Below are positions 53,567-64,000 of a stretch of DNA of 64,000 bases, piece after piece. The translations under genes and the position numbers were made by a program. The notes under the pieces are model-generated. The model was not told where the DNA came from and did not search any database. It saw nothing but the letters and a program-made list of their open reading frames with translations. This DNA is from Eledone cirrhosa (taxonomy: Eukaryota): contig OZ024754.1 of NCBI GenBank assembly GCA_964016885.1, positions 23,808,001 through 23,872,000 on the forward strand. The letters run 5' to 3'. The first letter of the stretch is position 1; each line of letters begins with the position of its first letter.

Positions 53567-56500
53567 AGATTGGGGTTAGGGTCAGGCTTTAAGTCTAAGG
53601 CTTTGGGTTGGGTTTAAGTCTAAGTCTCAGGATTGGGATTGGGGTTTAAAATCTAAATCTAAGGCTTGTGGTTGGGGTTATAGTCTAATCTAAGGCTTGG
53701 GGTTGGGTTTAAGTCTAAGTCTAAGGGTTGGGGTTTATGTCTAAGTCGAAGGCTAGGTGATGGCGTTCAAATCTAAGTCAAACCTTTGGGGTTGGGTTTT
53801 AAGTCTAAGTCTAAGGTTAGAGTTTAAGTCAAAGGCTTCGGGTTAGGATTTAGGTGTAAGCTTTGTGTTGGGGTTTAACTCTACGCCTAAGGCTTGAGGT
53901 TGGAGTTTAAGTCTAAGTCTAAGTTTAAGTTTACGTCTAAGGCTAGGGTTTGGGGTTTAGTCTAAGTCTTAGGGTTGGGGTTTAAGTCTAAGTCTGAGGC
54001 TTGGGTTGAGGTTTAAGTCTAAGTCTAAGGCTTGTGGTTGGGATTTAAGTCTAAGGCTTGGGGTTCGGGTTTAAGTCTAAGTCTAAGTCTTGTGGTTGGG
54101 GTTTCTGTCTAAGTCTAAGGCAAGGCTGGGTTTGTGGTTTCAGTCTAAGACTAAGGGTTGGTGTTAGGATTTAAGTGTAAGACTTGGGGTTTGGGTTTAA
54201 TTCTAAGGCTTGGAGTTGGGGTTTAAGTCTAAGTCTAGGGCTTGTGGTTGGGGTTTAAGTCTAAGGTTATGGCTTTGTGTTGAGGTTTAAGTTTAAGTCT
54301 AAGGCTTGGGGTTGGGGTTTATGTCTAAGTCTAAGTTTTGGGGTTGGGGTTTAAGTCTATGGCTTATGCTTGTGGTTGGGGTTCATGTCTAAGTCTAACG
54401 CTTGCGCTTGGGCTTCAAGTCTAATTCTAATGCTTGGGCATGGGGTGTAATTCTAAGTCTAAGACTTGTTGTTGGGGTTTAAATCTACGTCTAAGGCTTG
54501 GGGTTTAAGTCTAAGTCTAAAGCTTAATGTTTGGGTATAAGTCTAAATCTAAGGCTTGGTGTTGGGATTTAGGTCTATGTCTAAGGCTATGGTTTGGGGT
54601 TTAAGTCTATGTCTAAGGCTTGGGATTTGGTTTTAAGTCTAAGACTTGGGGATTATGTTTATGTTTAAGGCTTTGGGTTGTGGTTTAAGTCTAAGTCTAA
54701 GGCTGGGGTTGGTATTTAAATCTAAGTCTAAGGCTTGGGGTCGAGGTTTAAGTCTAAGTCTAAGGTTTCGGGTTGGGGATTAAGTCTAAGTCTAAGACTT
54801 GGTGTTCGGGTTTAAGTCTAACTCTAAGGCTTGGTGTTGGGGATTATGTTTATGTTTAAGGCTTTGGGTTGTAGTTTAAGTCTAAGTCTAAGGCTGGGGT
54901 TGGTATTTAAATCTAAGTCTAAGGCTTGGGGTCGAGGTTTAAGTCTAAGTCTAAGGCTTGGGGTTGGGATTAAAGTCTAGGTCTAAGTCTTGTGGTTGGG
55001 GTTTAAATCTAAGGATGGGTGTTGGGGGTAAGGCTAAGTCTAATGATTGTGGTTGGGGTTTATGTCTAAGTCTAAGGTTTAGGTTTAAGTCTATGTCTAA
55101 TGCTTGGGGTTGTGGTTGGGGTCTAAGGCTTTGGGTTGGAGTTTAAATCTAACTCTAAAGATTGGGGTTGGGGTCAGGCTTTAAGTCTAAGGCTTGGGGT
55201 TGGGGTTTAAGTCTAAGTCTCAGGATTGGGATTAGGGTTTCAAATCTAAGTCTAAGGCTTGTGGTTGGGGTTATAGTCTAATCTAAGGCTTGGGGTTAGG
55301 GTCTAAGTCTAAGTCTAAAGTTTGGGGTTGGGGTTTAAGTCTAAGTCTAAGGGTTGGTGTTTATGTCTAAGTCTGAGGCTTGGAGTTGGGGTTTAAGTCT
55401 AAGTCTAAGGCTAGGAGTTGGCGTTCAAATCTAAGTCTAACCTTTGGGGTTGGGGTTTAAGTCTAAAATCTAAGTTTAGAGTTTAAGTCAAAGGCTTGGG
55501 GTTAGGATTTAGGTGTAAGCTTTGTGTTGGGGTTTAACGCTACGCCTAAGGCTTGAGGTTGGAGTTTAAGTCTAAGGCTAAGTTTAAGTTTACGTCTAAG
55601 GCTAGGGGTTGGGGTTTAGTGTAAGTCTTAGGGTTGGGGTTTAAGTCTAAGTCTAAGGATTGTGGTTGGGGTTTAAGTCTAAGGCTTGGGGTTCGGGTTT
55701 AAGTCTAAATCTAAGTCTTGTGGTTTGGGTTTCAGTCTAAGTCTAAGGCTTGGGTTTGTGGTTTAGGTCTAAGTCTAAGGGTTGGTGTTAGGATTTACGT
55801 CTAAGGCTTGGGGTTTGGGTTTAATTATAAGGCTTGGAGTTGGGGTTTAAGTCTAAGTCTAACGCTTGGGGTTGGGGTTCAAGTATATGTCTAAGGTTCA
55901 AGTTTAAGTCAAAGGCTTCGGCTTAGGATTTAGGTGTAAGCTTTGTGTTGGGGTTTAACTCTACGCCTAAGGCTTGAGGTTGGAGTTTAAGTCTAAGTCT
56001 AAGTTTAAGTTTACGTCTAAGGCTAGGGTTTGGGGTTTAGTCTAAGTCTTAGGGTTGGGGTTTAAGTCTAAGTCTGAGGCTTGGGGTTGGGGTTTAAGTC
56101 TAAGGCTAAGTTTAAGTTTACGTCTAAGGCTAGGGGTTGGGGTTTAGTGTAAGTCTTAGGGTTGGGGTTTAAGTCTAAGTCTAAGGATTGTGGTTGGGGT
56201 TTAAGTCTAAGGCTTGGGGTTCGGGTTTAAGTCTAAATCTAAGTCTTGTGGTTGGGGTTTCAGTCTAAGTCTAAGGCTTGGGTTTGTGGTTTAGGTCTAA
56301 GTCTAAGGGTTGGTGTTAGGATTTACGTCTAAGGCTTGGGGTTTGGGTTTAATTATAAGGCTTGGAGTTGGGGTTTAAGTCTAAGTCTAACGCTTGGGGT
56401 TGGGGTTCAAGTATATGTCTAAGGTTCAAGTTTAAGTCAAAGGCTTCGGCTTAGGATTTAGGTGTAAGCTTTGTGTTGGGGTTTAACTCTACGCCTAAGG

Positions 56501-59500
56501 CTTGAGGTTGGAGTTTAAGTCTAAGTCTAAGTTTAAGTTTACGTCTAAGGCTAGGGTTTGGGGTTTAGTCTAAGTCTTAGGGTTGGGGTTTAAGTCTAAG
56601 TCTGAGGCTTGGGGTTGGGGTTTAAGTCTAAGGCTAAGTTTAAGTTTACGTCTAAGGCTAGGGGTTGGGGTTTAGTGTAAGTCTTAGGGTTGGGGTTTAA
56701 GTCTAAGTCTAAGGCTTGTGGTTGGGGTTTAAGTCTAAGGCTTGGGGTTCGGGTTTAAGTCTAAGTCTAAGTCTTGTAGTTGTGGTTTCTGTCTCAGTCT
56801 AAGGCAAGGCTGGGTTTGTGGTTTCAGTCTAAGTCTAAGGGTTGGTGTTAGGATTTAAGTCTAAGACTTGGGGTTTGGGTTTAATTCTAAGGCTTGGAGT
56901 TGGGGTTTAAGTCTAAGTCTAACACTTGGGGTTGGGGTTCAAGTATATGTCTAAGTTTTGGGGTTGGGGTTTAAGTCTAAGTCTAAGGCTTTGGGTTGTG
57001 CTTTAAGTCTCAGTCTAAGGCTTGTGGTTGGGGTTTAAGTCTAAGGTTATGGCTTTGTGTTGAGGTTTAAGTTTAAGTCTAAGGCTTGGGGTTGGGGTTT
57101 ATGTCTAAGTCTAAGTTTTGGGGTTGGGGTTTAAGTCTAAGGCTTATGCTTGTGGTTGGGGTTCACGTCTAAGTCTAACGCTTGCGCTTGGGCTTCAAGT
57201 CTAATTCTAATGCTTGGGCTTGGGGTTCGGGTTTAAGTCTAAATCTAAGTCTTGTGGTTGGGGTTTCAGTCTAAGTCTAAGGCTTGGGTTTGTGGTTTAG
57301 GTCTAAGTCTAAGGGTTGGTGTTAGGATTTACGTCTAAGGCTTGGGGTTTGAGTTTAATTATAAGGCTTGGAGTTGGGGTTTAAGTCTAAGTCTAACGCT
57401 TGGGGTTGGGGTTCAAGTATATGTCTAAGGTTTGGGGTTGGGGTTTAAGTCTAAGTCTAAGGCTTTGGGTTGGGCTTTAAGTCTAAGTCTAAGTCTTGGG
57501 TTGGGGTTTAAGTCTAAGTCTAAGGCTTTGTGTTGAGGTTTATGTTTAAGTCTAAGGCTTGGGGTCGGAGTTTATGTCTAAGTCTAAGTTTTGGGGTTGG
57601 GGTTTAAGTCTAAGTCTTATGCTTGTGGTTGGGGTTCAAGTCTAAGTCTAACGCTTGCGCTTGGGCTTCAAGTCTAACTCTAAGTCTTGGGGTGTAATTC
57701 TAAGTCTAAAGCTTAATGTTTTGGTTTAAGTCTAAGTCTAAGGCTTCGGTTTGGGGATTAAGTCTAAATCTAAGACTTGGTGTTGGGGTTTAAGTCTAAC
57801 TCTAAGGCTTGGTGTTGGGGATTATGTCTATGTTTAAGGCTTTGGGTTGTGGTTTAAGTCTAAGTCTAAGGCTGGGGTTGGTATTTAAATCTAAGTCTAA
57901 GGCTTGGGGTCGAGGTTTAAGTCTAAGTCTAAGGCTAGGAGTTGGGTTTTAAGTCTAAATCTAAGGCTCGGGGTTGGGGTTTATGTCTAAGTCAAAGTCT
58001 TGTGGTTGGGGTTTAAATCTAAGGATTGGTGTTGGGGTTTAAGGCTAAGTCTAATGCTTGTGGTTGGGGTTTATGTCTAAGTCTAAGGCATGGGTTTGGG
58101 TTTAAGTCTATGTCTAATGCTTGGGGTTGGGGTTGGGGTCTAAGGCTTTAGGATGGAGTTTAATTCTAACTCTAAAGATTGGGGTTGTCGTCAGGCTTTA
58201 AGTCTAAGGCTTGTGGTTGGGGTTTAAGTCTAAGTCTCAGGATTGGGATTGGGGTTTCAAATCTAAGTCTAAGGCTTGTGGTTGGGGTTATTGTCTAATC
58301 TAAGGCTTGGGGTTAAGGTTTAAGTCTATGTCTAAAGTTTGGGGTTACGGTTTAATTCTAAGTCTAAGGGTTGGGGTTTATGTCTAAGTCTGAGGCTTGG
58401 GGTTGGGGTTTAAGTCTAAGTCTAAGGCTAGGAGTTGGCGTTCAAATCTAAGTCTAACCTTTGGGGTTGGGATTTAAATCTAAGTCTAAGTTTAGAGTTT
58501 AAGTCAAAGGCTTGGTGCTAGGATTTAGGTGTAAGCTTTGTCTTGGGGTTTAGCTTTACGCCTAAGGCTTGAGGTTGGAGTTTAAGTCTAAGTCTAAGTT
58601 TAAGTTTACGTCTAAGGCTAGGGGTTGGGCTTTAGTCTAAGTCTTAGGGTTGGGTTTTAAGTCTAAGTCTGAGGCTTGGTGTTGCGGTTTAAGTCTAAGT
58701 CTAAGGCTTGTGGTTGAGGTTTAAGTCTAAATCCTGGGGTTCGGGTTTAAGTCTAAGTCTAAGTCTTGTGGTTGAGGGTTTCAGTCTAAGTCTAAGGCTT
58801 GGGTTTGTGGTTTAAGTCTAAGTCTAAGGGTTGGTGTTAGGACTTAAATCTAACACTTGGGGTTTGGGTTTAATTCTAAGGCTTGGAGTTGGGGTTTAAG
58901 TCTAAGTCTAACGCTTGGGGTTGGGGTTCAAGTATATGTCTAAGTTTTGGGGTTGGGGTTTAAGTCTAAGTCTAAGGCTTTGGTTTGGGCCTTAAGTCTC
59001 AGTCTAAGGCTTGTGCTTGGGGTTTAAGTCTAAGTCTAAGTCTTGGGGTTGGGCTTTAAGTCTAAGTCTATGGCTTTGTGTTGAGGTTTAAGATTAAGTC
59101 TAAGGCTTGGTGTTGGGGGTTTATGTCTAAGTCTAAGTTTTGGGGTTGGGGTTAAAGTCTAAGACTTATGTTTGTGGTTGGGGTTCAAGTCTAAGTCTAA
59201 CGCTTGCGCTTGGGCTTCAAGTCTAATTCTAAAGCTTGGGCTTGGTGGTGTAATTCTAATTCTAAGATTTGTGGTTGGGGTTTAAATCTACGTCTAAGTC
59301 TAAAGCTTAATGTTTGGGTATAAGTCTAAATCTAATGTTTGGTGTTGGGATTTAGGTCTATGTATAAGGCTATGGTTTGGGGTTTAAGTCTATGTCTAAG
59401 GCTTGGGATTTGGTTTAAGTCTAAGACTTGGCTTACGGTTTAAGTCTAAGACTAAGAATTGGGGTTGGGGTTTAGGTCTAAGTGTCAGGATTGGGATTGG

Positions 59501-62500
59501 CATTTCAAATCTAAGTCTAAGGCTTGTGGTTGGGGTTATAGTCTAATCTAAGGCTTGGGGTTAGGGTTTAAGTCTAAGTCTAAAGTTTGGGGTTGGGGTT
59601 TAAGTCTAAGTCTAAGGGTTGGGGTTTATGTCTAAGTCTGAGGCTTGGAGTTGGGGTTTAAGTCTAAGTCTAAGGCTAGGAGTTGGCGTTCAAATCTACA
59701 TCTAACCTTTGGGGTTGGGGTTCAAGTCTAAAATCTAAGTTTAGAGTTTAAGTCAAAGGCTTGGGGTTAGGATTTAGGTGTAAGCTTTGTGTTGGGGTTT
59801 AACTCTACGCCTAAGGCTTGAGGTTGGAGTTTAAGTCTAAGTCTAAGTTTAAGTTTACGTCTAAGGCTAGGGGTTGGGGCTTAGTCTAAGTCTTGTGGTT
59901 GGGGTTTCAGTCTAAGTCTAAGGCTTGGGTTTGTGGTTTAGGTCTAAGTCTAAGGGTTGGTGTTAGGATTTACGTCTAAGGCTTGGGGTTTGGGTTTAAT
60001 TATAAGGCTTGGAGTTGGGGTTTAAGTCTAAGTCTAACGCTTGTGGTTGGGGTTCAAGTATAATTCTAAGGTTTGCGGTTGGGGTTTAAGTCTAAGTCTA
60101 AGGCTTTGGGTTGGGCTTTAAGTCTAAGTCTAAGGCTTGGGTTGGGGTTTAAGTCTAAGTCTAAGGCTTTGTGTCGAGGTTTAAGTCTAAGTCTGAGACT
60201 TGGGGTTGGGGTTTAAGTCTAAGTCTAAGGCTTCTGGTTGGGGTTTAAGTCTAAGGCTTCGGTTTCGGGTTTAAGTCTAAGGCTTAGTGTTGGTTTAGGA
60301 TTTAAGTCTAAGGCTTGGGGTTAGTGTTTAATTCTAAGGGTTGGTGTTGGGGTTTAAGTCTAAGTCTAATGCTAGTGGGTAGTTTTCAAGTCTAAGTCTA
60401 AAGTTTGGGGTTGGGGTTTAAGTATATGTCTACGGTTTGGGGTTGGGGTTTAAGTCTAAGTCTAAGGCTTTGGGTTGGGGTTTAAGTCTAAGTCTAAGGC
60501 TTGGGGCTGGGGTTTATGTTCTAAGTCTAAGTCTTGGGGTTGGTGTTTACGTCTAAGTCTAAGTCTTGGGGTTGGGGTTTAAGTCTAAGTTTAAGGCTTT
60601 GTGTTGAGGTTTAAGTTTAAGTCTAAGGCTTGGGGTTGGGGTTTATGTCTAAGTCTTATGCTTGTGGTTGGGGTTCAAGTCTAACTCTAACGGTTTCGCT
60701 TGGGCTTCAAGTCTAACTCTAACTCTTGGGCTTGGGTGTAATTCTAAGTCTAAGTCTTGTGGTTGGGGCTTAAATCTAGGTCTAAGGTCTGGGGTATAAG
60801 TCTAAGTCTAAAGCTTAATGTTTGGGTTTAAGTCAAAGTCTAAGACTTGGTGTTGGGGATTATGTCTATGTTTAAGGCTTTGGGTTGTGGTTTAAATCTA
60901 AGTCTAAGGCTGGGGTTGGTATTTAAATCTAAGTCTAAGGCTTGGGGTTGGGATTTAAGTTTAAGTCTAAGGCTAGGAGTTGGTTTTTAAGTCTAAATCT
61001 AAGGCTTGGGGTTGGGGTTTAAGTGAAGTATAAGTCTTGTCGTTGGGCTTTAAATCTAAGGATGGGTGTTGGGGGTTTAAGGCTAAGTCTAATGCTTGTG
61101 GTTGGGGTTTATGTCTAAGTCTAAGGCATGGGTATGTGTTTAAGTCTATGTCTAATGCTTGGGGTTGGGGTTGGGGTATAAGGCTTTGGATTGGAGTTTA
61201 ATTCTAACTCTAAAGATTGGGGTTGGGGTCAGGCTTTAAGTCTAAGGCTTGGGGTTTGTGTTTATGTCTAAGTCTCAGGATTGGGATTGGGGTTTCAAAT
61301 CTAAGTCTAAGGCTTGTGGTTGGGGTTATAGTCTAATCTAAGGCTTGGGGCTAGGGTTTAAGTCTAAGTCTAAAGTTTGGCGTTGGGGTTTAAGTCTAAG
61401 TCTAAGGGTTGGGGTTTATGTCTAAGTCTGAGGCTTGGGGTTGGGGTTTAAGTCCAAGTCTAAGGCTAGGAGTTGGCGTTCAAAACTAAGTCTAACCTTT
61501 GGGGTTGGGATTTAAGTCTAAGTTTAAGTTTAGAGTTTAAGTCAAAGGCTTGGGGTTAGGATTTAGGTGTAAGCTTTGTGTTGGGGTTTAACTCTACGCC
61601 TAAGGCTTGAGGTTGGAGTTTAAGTCTAAGTCTAAGTTTAAGTTTACGTCTAAGGCTAGGGGTTGGGGTTTAGTCTAAGTCTTAGGGTTGGGGTTTAAGT
61701 CTAAGTCTGAGGCTTGGGGTTGGGGTTTAAGTCTAAGTCTAAGGCTTGTGGTTGGGGTTTAAGTCTAAGGCTTGGGGTTCGGGTTTAAGTCTAAGGCTTG
61801 GGTTTGTGGTTGGCGTTTCAGTCTAAGTCTAAAGCTTGGTTTTGTGGTTTAAGTCTAAGTCTAAGGGTTGGTGTTCGTATTTAAGTCTAAGGTTTGGGGT
61901 TTGGGTTTAATTCTAAGCCTTGGAGTTGGGGTTTAAGTCTAAGTCTAACGCTTGGTGTTGGGGTTCAAGTATATAACTAAGGTTTGGGGTTGGGGTTCAA
62001 GTCTAAGTTTAAAACTTTGTGTTGGGCTTTAAGTCTAAGTCTAAGGCTTGGGGTTGGGGTTGTGTCTAAGTCTAAGTTTTGGTGTTGGGGTTTAAGTCTA
62101 AGTCTTATGCCTGTGGTTGGGGTTCAAGTCTAAGTCTAACTCTTGCGCTTGAGCTTCAAGTCTAATTCTAAAGCTTGGGCTTGGTGGTAATTCTAAGTCT
62201 AAGTCTTGTGGTTGGTGTTTAAATCTACGTCTAAGGCTTGGGGTATAAATCTAAGTCTAAAGCTTAATGTTTGGGTTTAAATATAAGTCTAAGGCTTCGG
62301 GTTGGGGATTAAGTCTAAGTCTAAGACTTTGTGTTGGGGTTTAAGACTTACTCTAAGTCTTGGTGTTGGGGATTATGTCTATGTTTAAGGCTTTGGGTTG
62401 TGGTTTAAGTCTAAGTCTAAGGCTTGTGGTTGGGATTTAAGTTTAAGTCTAAGGCTAAGAGATGGTTTTTAAGTCTAAATCTAAGGCTCGTGGTTGGGGT

Positions 62501-64000
62501 TTAAATCTAAGTCTAAGTCTTGTGGTTGTGGTTTAAATCTAAGGATGGGTGTTGTGGTTTAAGGCTAAGGCTATTGCTTGTGTTTGGGGTTTATGTCTAA
62601 GTCTAAGGCATGGGGTTTGGGTTTAAGTCTATGTCTAATGCTTGGGGTTGGGGTTGGGGTCTAAGGCTTTGGGTCGGAGTTTAATTCTAACTCTAAAGAT
62701 TGGGGTTGGGGTCAGGCTTTAAGTTTAAGGCTTGGGGTTGGGGTTTAAGTCTAAGTCTCAGGATTGGGATTGGGCTTTCAAATCTAAGTCTAAGGCTTGT
62801 GGTTGGGGTTATCGTCTAATCTAAGGCTTGGGGTTAGGGTTTAAGTGTGACGCTTGGGTTTGGGGTTTAAGTCTAAGTCTAAGGCTAGGAGTTGGCATCA
62901 AATCTAAGTCTAACCTTTGGGGTTGGTGTTTAAGTCTAAGTCTAAGTTTAGAGTTTAAGTAAAAGGCTTGGGGTTAGGATTTAGGTGTAAGCTTTGTGTT
63001 GGGGTTTAACTCTACGCCTAAGGCTTGAGGTTGGAATTTAAGTCTAAGTCTAAGTTTAAGTTTACGTCTAAGGCTAGGGGTTGGGGCTTAGTCTAAGTCT
63101 TAGGGTTGGGTTTAAGTCTAAGTCTGAGGCTTGTGGTTGGGGTTTCAGTCTAAGTCTAAGGCTTGGGTTTGTGGTTTAAGTCTAAGTCTAAGGGTTGGTG
63201 TTAGGATTTAAGTCTAAGGCTTGGGGTTTAGGTTTAATTCTAACGCTTGGGGTTGGGGATCAAGTATATGTCTAAGGTTTGGTGTTGGGGTTTAAGTCTA
63301 AGTCTAAGGCTTTGGGTTGGTCTTTAAGTCTACGTCTAAGGCTTGGGTTGGGCTTTAAGTCTAAGTCTAAGTCTTGGGGTTGGGGTTTAAGTCTAAGTCT
63401 AAGGATTTGGTTACAGGTTTCTTGGGGATGAGGTTTAAATCTATGTCTAAAGTTTGGCGTTGGGGTTTAAGTCCATGTCTAAGGCTTGGGGTTGGGGATT
63501 AAATCTATGTCTTAGTTTTTGTGTTGTGGTTTAAGTCTAAGTCTAAGTCCTGGGAGTGAGGTGTAAATCTAAGTCTAAGGCTTGGGGTTGGGGTTTAAGT
63601 CTAAATCTAAGGCTTGGGTTGCGGTTTAAGTCTAAGTCTAATGCTTTGGGTTGGGGTTTAAGTTTACGTGTTGGGCTAAAGCTTGGGGTTGGCGTTAGGT
63701 TTTAAATCTAAGTCTAATGCTAGTGGTTTAGGTTTAAGTCTACGTCTATGTTTTGGGGTTGGGGTTTAAGTCTAAGTCTAAGGCTTTGGGTTGTGCTTTA
63801 AGTCTCAGTCTAAGGCTTGTGGTTGGGGTTTAAGTCTAAGGTTATGGCTTTGTGTTGAGGTTTAAGTTTAAGTCTAAGGCTTGGGGTTGGGGTTTATGTC
63901 TAAGTCTAAGTTTTGGGGTTGGGGTTTAAGTCTAAGGCTTATGCTTGTGGTTGGGGTTCACGTCTAAGTCTAACGCTTGCGCTTGGGCTTCAAGTCTAAT
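53563..64000 (+). repeat. G-rich satellite, ~32-bp consensus TAAGGC TTGGGG TTGGGG TT TAAGTC TAAGTC, with ~1.5-kb higher-order structure; runs off the window end
   Basis: Unit read directly; marker aaagattggggtt..gtcaggcttt at 53565, 55157, 58174, 61212 and 62695; near-perfect 528-bp tandem at 55861/56389. Confidence 0.95.

Noticed and set aside
53545-53600. Telomere-telomere fusion site
   Set aside because: A fusion gives (TTAGGG)n(CCCTAA)n; here the order is reversed and the right side is a different satellite.

Overview
Eukaryotic, repeat-dominated window from an animal genome with TTAGGG telomeres; a mollusc or cephalopod is plausible but not established. No intact host protein gene is evident. 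1-12.3 kb is an AT- and microsatellite-rich graveyard of transposable elements: two Helitron RepHel pseudogene pieces, a Helitron-bounded composite insertion, L1/Tx1, CRE-like and RTE LINE fragments and a tRNA-derived SINE. It also holds at least three well-formed type I hammerhead ribozymes, one of them in a 210-nt tandem, retrozyme-like unit. 12.3-16.3 kb is an rDNA-derived block: TATATAGGG Pol I-type promoter repeats, an ETS-like segment, only the last ~100 nt of 28S rRNA, then IGS subrepeats. 16.3-53.6 kb is ~32 kb of degenerate (CCCTAA)n interrupted four times by the same IGS island, giving a telomere-repeat/rDNA-spacer composite macrosatellite with nested higher-order duplications. 53.6-64 kb is a different ~32-bp G-rich satellite of opposite polarity. 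The VR/GL/NP/LT dipeptide ORFs are artefacts of the repeats.
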